Assembly: GCF_018350175.1 (NCBI RefSeq)
Contig: NC_058368.1
Span: 34,288,001 to 34,352,000, forward strand
Direction: 5' to 3'
DNA from: Felis catus
Taxonomy: Eukaryota
DNA length: 64,000 nucleotides
Shown here: piece by piece, positions 49,563 through 61,444 of the stretch
How positions within the stretch are numbered: position 1 is the stretch's first letter
How the letters are laid out: every line of letters begins with the position of its first letter
The notes under the pieces: model-generated
What the model was told of the DNA's origin: nothing
The model's input: only the letters and a program-made list of their open reading frames with translations
Database searches by the model: none
Made by a program: the position numbers and the translations under genes

Positions 49563-51083
49563 ATAAATTAATTAATTAATTAAAGAAAAAATCATAATGG
49601 GTAAGGCCAAATGGAAGCCATCAACGTTGAATAAAACTATGTTCTGTGATGAATGGTGGAGATCAATGCCATTCTTAAGGATTTATCATCATGCCTTAGT
49701 TTAATTTATCTCCTGACCCCTATAGAACCAGATGGATACTGGAGGCTGGCTATAGACTATCTCAAACTCATTAGAAGGACTTTAACCACAGTCACTGCAA
49801 CAGATATGATATGTTTTCTAGAGCAGTTTAGTAAGGTCTCAGACATGTTATACGCAAACACCGATTTGAGGAATGTGTTCTTTTCTATCCCAATAAGAAG
49901 TATTTTAGTGGTTTTCATTAATCAAAAACGGACAACAGTATATACTTACAATATTGCCTCACGATTATGTAAATTCTCCCACCCTTTCATACTACAGTCT
50001 AAAGAAATCTGGACTATCTTGAAAGTCTCAGAATATCACATTGATTCATTGCATCAACTAAGTTGATATAATTATATCAGTTAAGTTGAATGAAAAATGG
50101 GAGACTAGGAGCCCTGAGAACTTGCTAAGACACATGCATTCCTAAGGGCAAGAAATAAACCTGGTGTAGATTCAGGAGACTGTCACATGCACACAAATTT
50201 AAGCGTCTGATGATCTTGAGAATGCCAAGACATCTCCTGCAAAGTGAAATGTAAACTATTAAATCTTGCAATTCCTAAACCAAGGAACGAAACACAACAG
50301 CAGGTATGCTTCATTAGTTTTTTGGAACCAGTATGTTCTATATATAGAGAAACTTATTGGCCTGATATGCTGGGGGATACAAAAGTCATCCAGAGGCGGC
50401 TGGGGTGGGGTGGGAGGTGGGGGGGGGTGGAAAGAAAGGTGCTGCAGGAGGTCTAAAATATGGTCCAAGCTGCTTTGTAACTTCTGCAATATAATCCTGC
50501 AGACCCTAAGATTACTGAAGTATCACTGGTGAGAAAAGGTGCTGTATAGAGCTTGTGCCAAGCTTTAATGGGAGAATCATAATGCAGGGGCTCTTGAGGA
50601 AGGCCATGTCATCTGTAGTGGAAAATCAGACACCTTTCGAAACATAATACCTTCGTGCTACCAAATGCTGGAAGAGAAAAAGTCCTTAACTATGGAATAC
50701 CAAGTAACCATGCAGCAAGAATTATCTATCATGAGTGGGGACCTGTCAAAGTGACAAAGACATAAGCTTGAGCAGATCCACATGCAATCCATTGTACAAC
50801 AGAAGTGGTATACATAGAATCAAGTACTACCTGGATCAGGGGTCATAAGCAAGCTGTGTAGGCAACTAGCCTAGACCCACTGTTACAATAGCACCCTTCC
50901 ATCTATTCAGGCCTATGACCAGATGACAGAGGATGAAAATGTCCAATCTTGGTTTATCTATCTGACAGTGCAATATGTAGGTTTATATCAATAATGTATG
51001 CCCATTTACTAAAGAGTACCATTTTTAGATAGTTATGAGGGAAAATCCTATGAATAATCAGAACTTTAGGTAGTACATCAGCG

Positions 51084-51088
<5 letters not shown>

Positions 51089-51138
<50 letters not shown>
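51089..51138. repeat. Pure poly-T run (50 nt)
   Basis: Directly visible. Confidence 0.95.
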
Positions 51139-51142
<4 letters not shown>

Positions 51143-52007
51143 ATAAGAGGTCTGAAATTAAAATATATTGAGATTCCTGAGCAGTGGCAAAATGACTTAT
51201 GACTTGGCTGGCTGGTCACAGATGCAAAAGATTGGAAAGTAAGTACAAGGAGATCTAAAGTAGTGGTTTATGGAGGTACCTATGAAATTGGACAAGAAAT
51301 GTGAAGATCTTTGTCCAGCTCCAGAGAGCATCCATTTAAGAAAAGGCACTAAACGAGAGTGTACAGCAAATGACCCAGCCAGTTGGTATTAGCTGGTTTT
51401 TATCTTTGCCACAATTTGTGGCATGATGGGCATATAAATGAGGTAGCCATGGTGGCAGAAATGGAGGCTAAACACAGACTTCAACAGATCTAGCTGCTGT
51501 CATCACAGAATTTCAAACTTGCCAGCAATACCGAATTATGTTGAATTTTCAGTAATGCGCTCTTCCTTAAGCCATTTATCAGGAAGTTTGCTATTTATCA
51601 GGAAGTTGGCTACTTTGGGACTCTTACATCCTGGAAAGACCAGTGGTTCCTTTCCACAGGAATAGATATATTTCCCATATATAGGTTTGCTTTTACTGAT
51701 ATCAGGGCCTCAATCAGCACCGCCATCTAATGTTTTATTAAGGGTTTGATCTACTAGCAAGAGATCCCACATAATGTCCCAATAGACTAGGTGATCTACT
51801 TTTCAGTAAAAGGAGATGACACCATAGGCCCATGAACTTAGGATCCACTGTTTGGATCATCTACTATACCAGAAAAAATTGCTGGCTTGATAAAATGCTG
51901 GGTAGTTTGTTAAAGGCACAGCTCAAGTGCCAAATTGGAGGTAACACTTTCTAAGGATATGGTACCACTCTATAGATATGGTATATGTGTTGAATCAAAG
52001 GCCTTTT

Positions 52008-52228
52008 GGGGCTCCTGGGTGGCACAGTCGGTTAAGCGTCCGACTTCAGCCAGGTCACGATCTCGCGGTCTGTGAGTTCGAGCCCCGCGTCAGGCTCTGG
52101 GCTGATGGCTTGGAGCCTGGAGCCTGTTTCCGATTCTGTGTCTCCCTCTCTCTGTCCCTCCCCCGTTCATGCTCTGTCTCTCTTTGTCCCAAAAATAAAT
52201 AAAAAACGTTGAAAAAAAATTGAAAAAA
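52008..52228 (+). mobile_element. Very young felid SINE inserted in the ERV-L integrase region
   Basis: TSD CAAAGGCCTTTT at 51996-52007 and 52229-52240. Confidence 0.96.
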
Positions 52229-52882
52229 CAAAGGCCTTTTTTGCCTCGGTGTCTCCAATAAGAATGCGTGATCTGGGAACAGACAGTATGAGGAGGAATG
52301 GTCACACTTCTTATTCCTGATAACCCATTTTGAGCTCTGCAATGTTGGTGGTCTTGTTCCAGGAGATACAACAAGAATAGCATTGAATCATAAACTGCAG
52401 CTGCCACCTGGGTACTTTGAGCTCCTTGCTGTTCATGGACCAGCAGTCAATAAATGAAGTCGCTTTCTTGGTAGTGCTATTAACCCTGATGAATCAGAGA
52501 AGGAAAGGATCAAAAAGGAATACGTGTGCAACACAGATGATCCAGTTGGGTGCCTCTTGGTACCTCCTCACTCAGTTGTGCTACAAATGGATGGGTACAG
52601 CCACTGTATCCTGAAAAGGAAATTGTGATTAGGAGGAGGTCAGACCTCTCCAAGTGGCCAGTCTGGGTCACACTATCAGTTAAGCTACTACAAAGAAACC
52701 TAAAATAGATAGTGGAGTACGAATATAATGAGCTTCAATTGAGGATCCTAGCCTGAAGTAGTAGGAAATTTGGTTCTTCTGACTAAACTCCTATTTCTAA
52801 ATCTCCCCTAAGGAGTACAGGCCTACAGGAGGCTTGCTCTGTGTTTATGAAAAGGTAGATCTAAACTGAACATAAGCTAAAA

Positions 52883-53304
52883 TATGGAAGAGAAGGAGAT
52901 GTACTTCCCAGACACTCTTCAATGAAGGACTTGTTCAACAACCATGGGAGTATTGTCATCAGCTATTTCCTACTGCCAGCTCTGTCAGTGTTTGCCTTAC
53001 CTTCAGAGAATTAGCAAACCTAAAGTTATACCCATCCCAGAACAGCCCATTATCCAGTGACTAACAAACACAGGGATAGAGATCTAATCATTTTGGCTTC
53101 AGAGGGAGCACTATTAGCAGTCATTTCTTATCCTAGAACTTCCTACTGGTTTAACTAATCATTTTTCTAGATGGCATTGCATTATGACTATTTCTTTTGA
53201 CTTACTCTTCTTTTAACACTTTCTTTTCACAGCTAATACCTTTGTAAGTATCTTGTACCCCAAACTCTGTCACAATGTCTGTCTCTGAAGGACTCAAAAT
53301 ACAA
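52883..53304 (+). mobile_element. LTR16-like 3' LTR of the ERV-L-class provirus
   Basis: CCTAAAGTTATACCCATCCCAGAACAGCCCATTATCCAGTGACT and TATCTTGTACCCCAAACTCTGTCACAATGTCTG parallel recalled LTR16 consensus; lies right after the dUTPase region. Confidence 0.7.
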
Positions 53305-53593
53305 TGCTCTGAACTCATGAGATTACCAAAATCTCTAAACATCTTCTCTCAAATTTCTCAAAATCTCTCCCTCGTGTTTTCTCTTTTCCTCCTACAGATT
53401 AGCAAATACTTTGAAGGGAAATAAGGCATAAAATGTCAGCCTTATAAAATAAATTTTACTTCTAAGACATTGATCTCCCAAGTTTTGATTATCTTGACTG
53501 CTTTTCAAAGACTTCAGATACCAATTTTTGTATTTTATCCAGCCTTTTTAGATGTTCTTGGTGAGAAGTTCAATGAAACATAAGCTACTACAT

Positions 53594-54445
53594 TGTCTCA
53601 GTTAGCTTGGGATACCATTAGACAATGCCATGGACTGGGTGGCTTAAACAATATCAATTTATTTTCTTACAGTTCTGGAGGCTGAAAGTCAGATCATGGT
53701 GACAACATAGTAGGGTTGTGGTGAGAACACTCTTTCTGGCCAAGGGGCAGAAAAATTTTCCCTTTTCTTCCCTTCTAGGTTCTTTGGCTAGCCTAATAAT
53801 TAAATCAATGCAACACAGATTAACAGGAGAAAAACAAATTTCATACATATGGAAGACCCATAAAAATATGAAACTCCCTGACAGTCAGGTAATTGAGGGT
53901 TATATACCATTCTGAGCTAAGGAGAAGGAGATAGGGATCTTGGGCTTCAAAGGTGAGGAAAACAATTCACATGGGAAGAGCAAATGTTTGGTAAACAAAT
54001 GTCTGTCATGCCATGCAGATAAGTCTTTCTAACATCATCTCTGGTAATACCCTTTTTCTGTGTAGGTTCCCTCTCTAAATTATTTTAGGCAGTTCAGGGG
54101 AAGTAAAAATCTCCTCCTGAGTCTGCTTGGTCCAGATTATCTTCTACTCCAAATAATCCACATGCTTAAGTGGCACATTCTGGGATGGCATATTCTGCTT
54201 CCTGTCAATGGCTTACTGACAATTGCCTTCTTTCTGTGTCTTCACATGGCAGAGAGAGATAGAAATCACTATGGTCTCTTTTCTTATAGGGGCAATAATC
54301 TCATATGAGGACCCCACCCTTCTGACCTCATCTAATCCTAATTTCCTCCCCAAGGACCTATCTCCAACTACTATCTAATCAGGAGCTAAATATAAATTTG
54401 GTGGAGGTGGTGGAGGGGGTGTGGAATACGATTTAGTTTATATCA
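53594..54445 (-). mobile_element. MLT1A-like MaLR LTR split by a nested LTR
   Basis: GACTGGGTGGCTTAAACAAT...TTACAGTTCTGGAGGCTG..., resuming TGTGTCTTCACATGGCAGAGAG...GACCTCATCTAATCCTAAT. Confidence 0.85.
53740..54207 (-). mobile_element. MER34-like ERV1 solo LTR nested in MLT1
   Basis: Minus strand begins TGACAGGAAGCAGAATATGCCATCCCAGAATGTGCCAC...GGATTATTTGG; TGGC on both flanks. Confidence 0.75.
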
Positions 54446-55267
54446 TGTGTCACAACCGGAAGTAAATTATGACTGTTTATTTAACAATCATATGCAAATA
54501 CTTTTTTTAAAAAAAAGGAAATAGTGTTTAAAAGTTCCAAAAGTCCTTCTACCTTAACTCATTTCTAAGAGGAAGTTTGTTCATTGTTTCATCTGTTATT
54601 TCTATACTCCTACACTAAATGCCAAGCTATTATAACCTGTTATGAGCTCTTCTATGTACATTTATCAATTTGATGTTGTTTATTGACTCTCTGATGGTAA
54701 ATAAGAATACTAGTTCACTCATATGTAGAATCTTTCATCCTGCCAGTGTAATTATCTCTCAAATTGTATTAAATTTATATTTAACATTTTAATTACTATG
54801 TTTATGTAAATATTGTTTATGGTTGAGCCAAGTGCTAAACTATCAGCTTGTTTATCATTTCTTATGTAACTTTTTAATTTTAATTTAATATCATCTTGCT
54901 CATGTTTGTTCATGATTATTTCACATCTGAATATTCTTCCAACATTCTCCAAGAGCTTCAAAAATTCACTTCCATCTCAATAGACATATGATGAATGCTA
55001 ATTTGATAATTTATCAGTTCTATTTATTTTTTCCTCGAGACAGCACTCCATGAGCCCTCTGACTTCCTACTTTATTTTACCTCTTTGCTCACCAGTCCTT
55101 TCACACTCACCCTGGGCTTGCTTTCCTATTATCTTAGTATTGGATCTCTTGTTTCATGCCTTCACTTATATCTTCCCCACAATTTTTCTAGCTTTTGCCT
55201 GTCACAAGACCAATGGTATATATTTTAGGTTTTTGTTATGGTACTACCCCATTTCTGGTTACCATTC

Positions 55268-55730
55268 CTATACCAGTTAGCTTTTACATAACAAATTGCT
55301 ACAAAATTCAGTGACTTAGCTCAGGTTCTGTAGAGGATTTTAAGGGTGGGAGGTTCTGGTCTGGGCTAGCTTCATAATAAATATCTGCTTGGCTATTTTA
55401 TACATTTTTGGTTAGCTGGTTCATTGGCTAGTGGCTGGTGTTCTCAGATAGCATTAATCCCTTGTCTGTAGGATGGCAAGCTGTCAACCAGGTCACTTTA
55501 GTTCTACTTGTGTGGTTTCTCATGTTCTAGCAGGCTAGCTCAGCTTTGTTCAGCTGGTAGGTCCAGAGTGACAAGTGCAGCACATGAGCACCTGCCAGTG
55601 AACATAAACTTCTGAGACCTCTGTTTGCCTCATGGTTGTCAAAATCAAGTTGGTCAAAATAAACTGTCATCCCAGAATCAAGGAGTCATGGAAAGGGAAG
55701 AATTTGGAGTCCTGTTTGCAATCTCTCACT
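55268..55730 (-). mobile_element. Old MaLR (MLT1) LTR
   Basis: ACATAACAAATTGCTACAAAATTCAGTGACTTA, TAGCAGGCTAGCTCAGCTTTGTTCA, TTGGTCAAAATAAA, TTTGCAATCT. Confidence 0.6.
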
Positions 55731-55859
55731 CTATCTTCCATAACAACACAGTTTCCTACTTAATCTAAATTCCGGGCTCAAAACTTATAAATCACCTCTG
55801 ATACTATCCAACCTCCTATTTATTTCTCTATTATTTATTTATGTATTTATATGCAATTT

Positions 55860-56105
55860 TAAATAGCTTATAATTTGGCAGACATTGTTCTAAGTCTTCT
55901 ATAGTTATTTACCCTTTAATTGTAATATGTCTAGGAGGTGGTTATATTAATATTTTCAAAAGGCAGATGAGCCTGTGCCCAAAGAAATGAAGCCGCATGC
56001 CCAATATCAAAAGCGGAATTTGAAGCCAGGCTACCTGGGTCTCAAGTCCATGTTGTTCACTGTGGCCCCAGAGTTCATGCTTTTGGCCACCTCACCGTGC
56101 TGCCT
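55860..56105 (-). mobile_element. MIR remnant
   Basis: GGCAGACATTGTTCTAAGT...GCAGATGAG...GGAATTTGAAGCCAGG...CCAGAGTTCATGCTTTT. Confidence 0.65.
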
Positions 56106-57789
56106 GACAAAACTACATTCGGTTTCTCACTGATGTTTCATTTGAGAATTATTTTACCTTTGAAATATATTTATCAGCCCTTTATTTTCTGTATCACTTT
56201 TCTAATTTTCCTTTAAAAAATAGTTATGAACTCATGATTAACTACAATAACTATCCCCTGATAATCTAGTATTTTCCCTTCCTCCAAAACGACATGACTT
56301 TTCACAGTTTCTTCACATTGGGTGCTAAATCATAATGCTGAGATTTTTCTCAGGGACTTAACTGAAATACATCACATGGTATTCATTACCCCTCTCTAAA
56401 TCTTTTCCATATTTCAAGCCTCAAATACTTTTTTTTTACATGATTACCTTGGATAGCTCAGTCTTTGTATATTTCCATCTCTCTTGAAGATTCTCCTGAA
56501 TCTCTATTAATCAATACCCCTCTTGATATAAATTATTGACAAATAATTTATAGTCTTGAAATTACTTTCTTACCTTAAGGATGTAATATTTTTTCTAAAT
56601 AAAATGTAACTTTATAGCACCATAAAAATTATTGCTTTGTTAGTTGAGTATTTTTTCTTTGTTGAATATTACAAAAGAGAAATTATATGTGAGTACCATG
56701 GCAAGCTAAAGGCATAAACATTATGAAGAAAAAAATACCATTAGTACTTGACATGGAAAGAGTTGATTTTCAAGTCCGGGTCTTGTAGAGAGTTACTAAA
56801 AATAATTTAAGAAAGTTGTTAAGATTTCTAATATTTCTTTATCTGAAGATAAAGAAAAATGTGTGATTTATTTAAGGGAACAATATTCTAAGAGTAGGGT
56901 CACATGGTAAGAAAAGTTTCCACATTGTGGTTAGGCAAATTTTAAGCGCAGTGGTAAACAGAGAAATAGTAAAAGAGTAGGAAGAGGTCATGTGCAGGCA
57001 TTTGTGGGAAGTAGCCCCAGGTGTAACAGCCGTTGAAATGAAAAAGTGTAGTTACCACTGTTTATTAATCTATAATTTTTTCTGGCTCCCCAACTGAATC
57101 CTTTCTGTTACAAGTAGGAGAGAGAGAAACAGAACTGATATATTTAATTTAAAAAGACTACAAAGTGATCTGATAGAACAAGTTTCACTTAAACTTCATA
57201 GGAAATGTGTTGCCCTAACGTTCAGGCTTATTTTCATGAGAAAGAAATGCTCTCTCCATTTAAGACACGTCTCTTTTATTGTGAATCTGTCCTAGAAAAT
57301 TCTATTTAACCTCTAATTTGCCAATATTATAACCCCATAGCTTTCTCTCTTCGTGTAGGATTTATCTTTGGACCATCACAAAATGTACTGCAGGAGTAGT
57401 AGCCATCACCTAGCCCCAATTATACAGCAACAAGACTCACCAGCCAGGCAACATGACTGATGGAATCTGCTGTTACAACATAGCCTTCCTAATGAAGAGA
57501 CCCAGAAATCCTACAAATATATTCCAGCAGATTTAGACTATATTGGACTTCATAGTAAGGTAGAAAAAATATTGGGGAGGTAGTTATAGTCTTGGATTAC
57601 CCAAATATATATTCTATTCTTCCTTTTATTCTGGTATGAAAGCTCAAATGAAATAAGCTTTCATTTTCTAATCTTAAATGATCTTCTGTGAAAAATTTAG
57701 AGGTGATGACACGGACATAGAGGGATAGTGCAATTGTTAAGAGCTATAAAACATGAAAATAGCTATTGAGTATTAAGCATGGAGACACT

Positions 57790-57970
57790 GTGTTATGTGC
57801 CCAGATTCTCCCATTGGAATTAGAGATACACACAACCCCAGCTACAGTCCTCAGCTGTCATCCTTTTCCAGGAATTTCCTAAGCTAAAGAGAGTCACCTG
57901 AGCCTTTCTAAGGTCGCACCCTTCCTAGGGCACCTATTGACTGGCAAAAAGGAGTTTAAACTCCAAACCA
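57790..57970 (+). mobile_element. LTR16-like fragment
   Basis: CCCCAGCT...CTCAGCTGTCA...GCTAAAGAGAGTCACC...AAGGTCGCACCCTTCCTAGGG. Confidence 0.55.
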
Positions 57971-58344
57971 ATAGCAATTGTTAGGTAGAGGCAAAATATT
58001 TGGTTAACATGTCTCTCAGAGTATTGGGGGAAGTATATGATTTACCACATAAATCTGAATCTCTAGAGGAAGAAGATATAAAATAGAATGTTCGTAACAT
58101 CCATTGATTGTTGTTGGCAAGATATTACAGAAAGCTTTATTCCTGGAGTCCTGTGGATACAGGTTTTTTCAGGTCTACTTCTGCCATAGTTCCATCCATT
58201 CTTTCTAGGCCAACATGAGAGATTTTAAGTCCATTTAACTTCAAATATTTTTGATTCCTTCCACCTAATTCATCGCCATATTCTGCTTTTCATCTTTTAA
58301 AAATTTGTAACTGTTCCTTTTCCACTGAGAAATCAGTCATCGGT

Positions 58345-58565
58345 TGAGAAAGCAGCAGAGAATGATGGAAAAAATGTGGATTTGAAGTCTAGGAAAATTG
58401 GATTAAAATCCCAGGTCTGCCTTACGTGGCCTTGGGAAAATCCTAAAATGTTTCTAACCCTCAGTTTATTTATATTTTAAATGGGGATAATTATCCCTAC
58501 TTTTCTGTATTTTAGAAAATATGAAAAAGTAATAATATATGTACATGTGCTCAATCACTGCATAA
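58345..58565 (+). mobile_element. MIR remnant
   Basis: GGATTAAAATCCCAGGTCTGCC...GTGGCCTTGGGAAAAT...CCTCAGTTT...TAAATGGGGATAAT. Confidence 0.75.
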
Positions 58566-59846
58566 TACTGTCAAAGATAGGTATAAATAATGACACAACA
58601 GATTTATTCATTTCTGTTGTCCTGTTCAAACTTTTGTCAGACAGAAGCTCCTACCTGGCCACCCTGTCTCCATTCCCTTTCCCTCCATTTCATTTTATCA
58701 TTTTATACCAAATAACACTGTTTTATTCAAAATTCATAGCGATTTATATAAATATCTGTTGATTTTTGCTTTGTTTTTATTTTTCATATTAAAACAACAA
58801 AGATCTTTGTTTATAATTAGACACAAAATTGTCCTGTTTAAGACACTTTCAATTTAGTTTATTAAAAAATTATGTATTGATACCTATAGACTACTTGGGT
58901 AAAAGATAATGATAATATAATCTTTTTAAACCCATATAAATTTAATATGTAAGATTTATGATGAGAGAAATTAGAAGTTTTTTTTTTTTAACTTAAATCT
59001 GCATCTATTGTTTTTTTTCCATCTTTTAAAACTCAACAATTTGGAGGAGGAAAAAAGTTGATTATTTATTAAATAATTAGGATGCAAAGCTACAGTGATT
59101 TTCTTTCAGATAAATTATTCTGTCATTTGTAGAAATTCTTTTTCTATGAGGAAAAATATACAATTCTATAGAACTTTGCTTACGGAACTAATTTTGATTT
59201 CTGTTAGCATGCTTCCTTCCCTTGACGGATGAAATGAAAAATAAAAGAGAGAGAATAAAATGTGTTTTATTTAGTGTTAAGGGAAACTCTTCCAAATAAG
59301 AGAAATATTTGAGATTTCCATTTAGCTTCAGATGTATCAAAATGTTCCATTTATTTTTTTTCATTCTTTAACATACAATTTTAACTGAAATGGAATAGTC
59401 ATAATGATTTCTTATGCTGGTAAGTGCTTTGCAGTTTACAATGTGTCTTCACATCCATTGCATTTTTTCAAGTCTTTATAATAATAAGAAGTCTATAAAA
59501 AAAATTGTGAGCCCAAAAAGGTTAAACTATTAGCAGCGATCACACAATTAGTGTGGATGGAACCTCAAAATTAAAATCAAATAATCCAACTCTTCATCAG
59601 TGCTGTATACAATAAGCAGCTGTCTCCATTCAGTGATGTTGTCTTATATGGAAAATTTACTTTTCTATTTTATATTTAAAGTTACTAACAAGAAATTAGG
59701 CCAACTGACTCACTCTACCTACACATGGGTGAGAACTGACTTGCCTTTTTTCTAAGCTGCTTTAAAAGAGTAGACGTTGGATAGTGTAAATCTGGATAGA
59801 TCTATTTGGCAGCTATATCATCATCTTAATTTTGATCTTTTAGAAT

Positions 59847-59852
<6 letters not shown>

Positions 59853-59894
<42 letters not shown>

Positions 59895-60055
59895 TTTTTG
59901 AGAGAGAGAGAGAGAGTGTGTGAGTTGTGGAGGGGCAGAAAGAAAGGGGGACAGAGGATCCAAAGTGGGCTCTGTGCTGACAGCAGAGAGCCCGATGTGG
60001 GGCATGACCTGAGCCAAAATTGGACACTTAACCAATTGAGCCATGTAGGCACCCC
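59853..60055 (-). mobile_element. Can-SINE (internally deleted) with (TTTA)n tail
   Basis: Ends GAGCCATGTAGGCACCCC; (ATTT)n at 59853-59892. Confidence 0.9.
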
Positions 60056-60295
60056 AATTTAATTTTTAAAAATGTTTATTTATTTTGAGAGAGAGAAAGA
60101 GAGAGAGAGACAGTGTGCACGCATGTGCTACGGGAGGGGTTGAGGGAGAAGAGAGAGAGAATCCCAAGCAGACTCAGAGCTATCAGCACAGAGCCCCAGG
60201 TGGGGCTTGATCTCAAGAACTGTGAGATCATGAACTGAGCCGAGATCAAAACCTGAGCTGAGATGCTTAACCAATTTAAGCCACCCAGGCGCCCC
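60056..60295 (-). mobile_element. Can-SINE in tandem with the preceding copy
   Basis: Ends AGCCACCCAGGCGCCCC; TAGAATTCTGT flanks the pair at 59841-59851 and 60296-60306. Confidence 0.92.
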
Positions 60296-61199
60296 TAGAA
60301 TTCTGTTTTAATATGCAAAAAGATAATTTCATATCTAAAACATCAAAAATAATTAATGAATGGAAATACTCATGGCAAATTTTCTACTTCTCTGAGATTC
60401 TCCTATGGTTCTTAAGTTTTATTCAATTTGTTTAATTTACTCCTAGTTCAGTAAGAGTTCCTGATAATTCTTTTGCATGCTGTATCATTGTTAACGAGCT
60501 ATCTACTCTTTTTGACCAAAACTTTGAAAAGGAGTCTTGCCACATCAGCTTTTTGCTTATTGTTTTTGCTGTACTTATGGCTTATCTTTACCCTCTGCAA
60601 ACTGTGAAAAATTAATGGAATGGCATCACTGTTACTGTTTCAATATCCATGCAAATATCTTTCTCAAAAAAGATAATTTTGAAAACTAGATTTAATAAAG
60701 AAAACAACCAGAATTATTTTACTAGTAGCATGCAAGAATAATTTGGGGAGTCAGAGGTTGATAAGTGTAAATTTATTTGGTGATGTACCAAATCAATTCC
60801 TGTTTCATTTTTTATAGTGAATATTTCCATATCTATGCTGCTTTTCTTGGTAATGCCATAACAACAGTATGGTAATTTACTACTAGTCTTAAATTTAGAA
60901 AACATAATTGGACAAAAAGAGACACCAGGACAAGACTCTATTATGTGATACCTTTGGATGAACACATTTGATTCATACCTATTACTTTCTGGCACAGAGT
61001 CAGTAAATACACAATATGTATGACTCCCTATTTTGTACCAATGATAAATATGACCAATCAGTCATTATCCTTTTCCTCACTGATGTCAAAAGTGGTTTCT
61101 TAATCCTTTCCAATAAAGAAATCTTGGCAGACATGACCAGTAGTCTGGTGCTTGCATGTAGGTTGAAAACTACTTATCATTTCTGTATCTGGGGTTTTA

Positions 61200-61444
<245 letters not shown>

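Larger units (their letters stand above)
49595..52880 (+). mobile_element. Decayed ERV-L-class internal region (pol: RT, RNase H, integrase, then dUTPase), ERV3-16A3-like
   Basis: Fragments GKAKWKP, PDGYWRLAIDYLKL, YANTDLRNVFFSIPI, GQQYILTILPHDYVNSP (RT); GSHGGRNGG and DLAAVITEFQTCQQ (integrase zinc-finger region); YFGTLTSWKDQWFLSTGIDI (integrase core); VPGDTTRIALNHKLQLPPGYFELL (dUTPase); many stops and frameshifts. Confidence 0.9.

Noticed and set aside
49653..50066. 137-aa RT-like ORF as a domesticated or active gene
   Set aside because: It frameshifts out of RT midway and the catalytic motif is destroyed
4185..52407. Recurrent similar short ORFs (MAQ...SAQVMISR..., FYLFLGQRETEHE...)
   Set aside because: All are translations of Can-SINE copies, not a gene family
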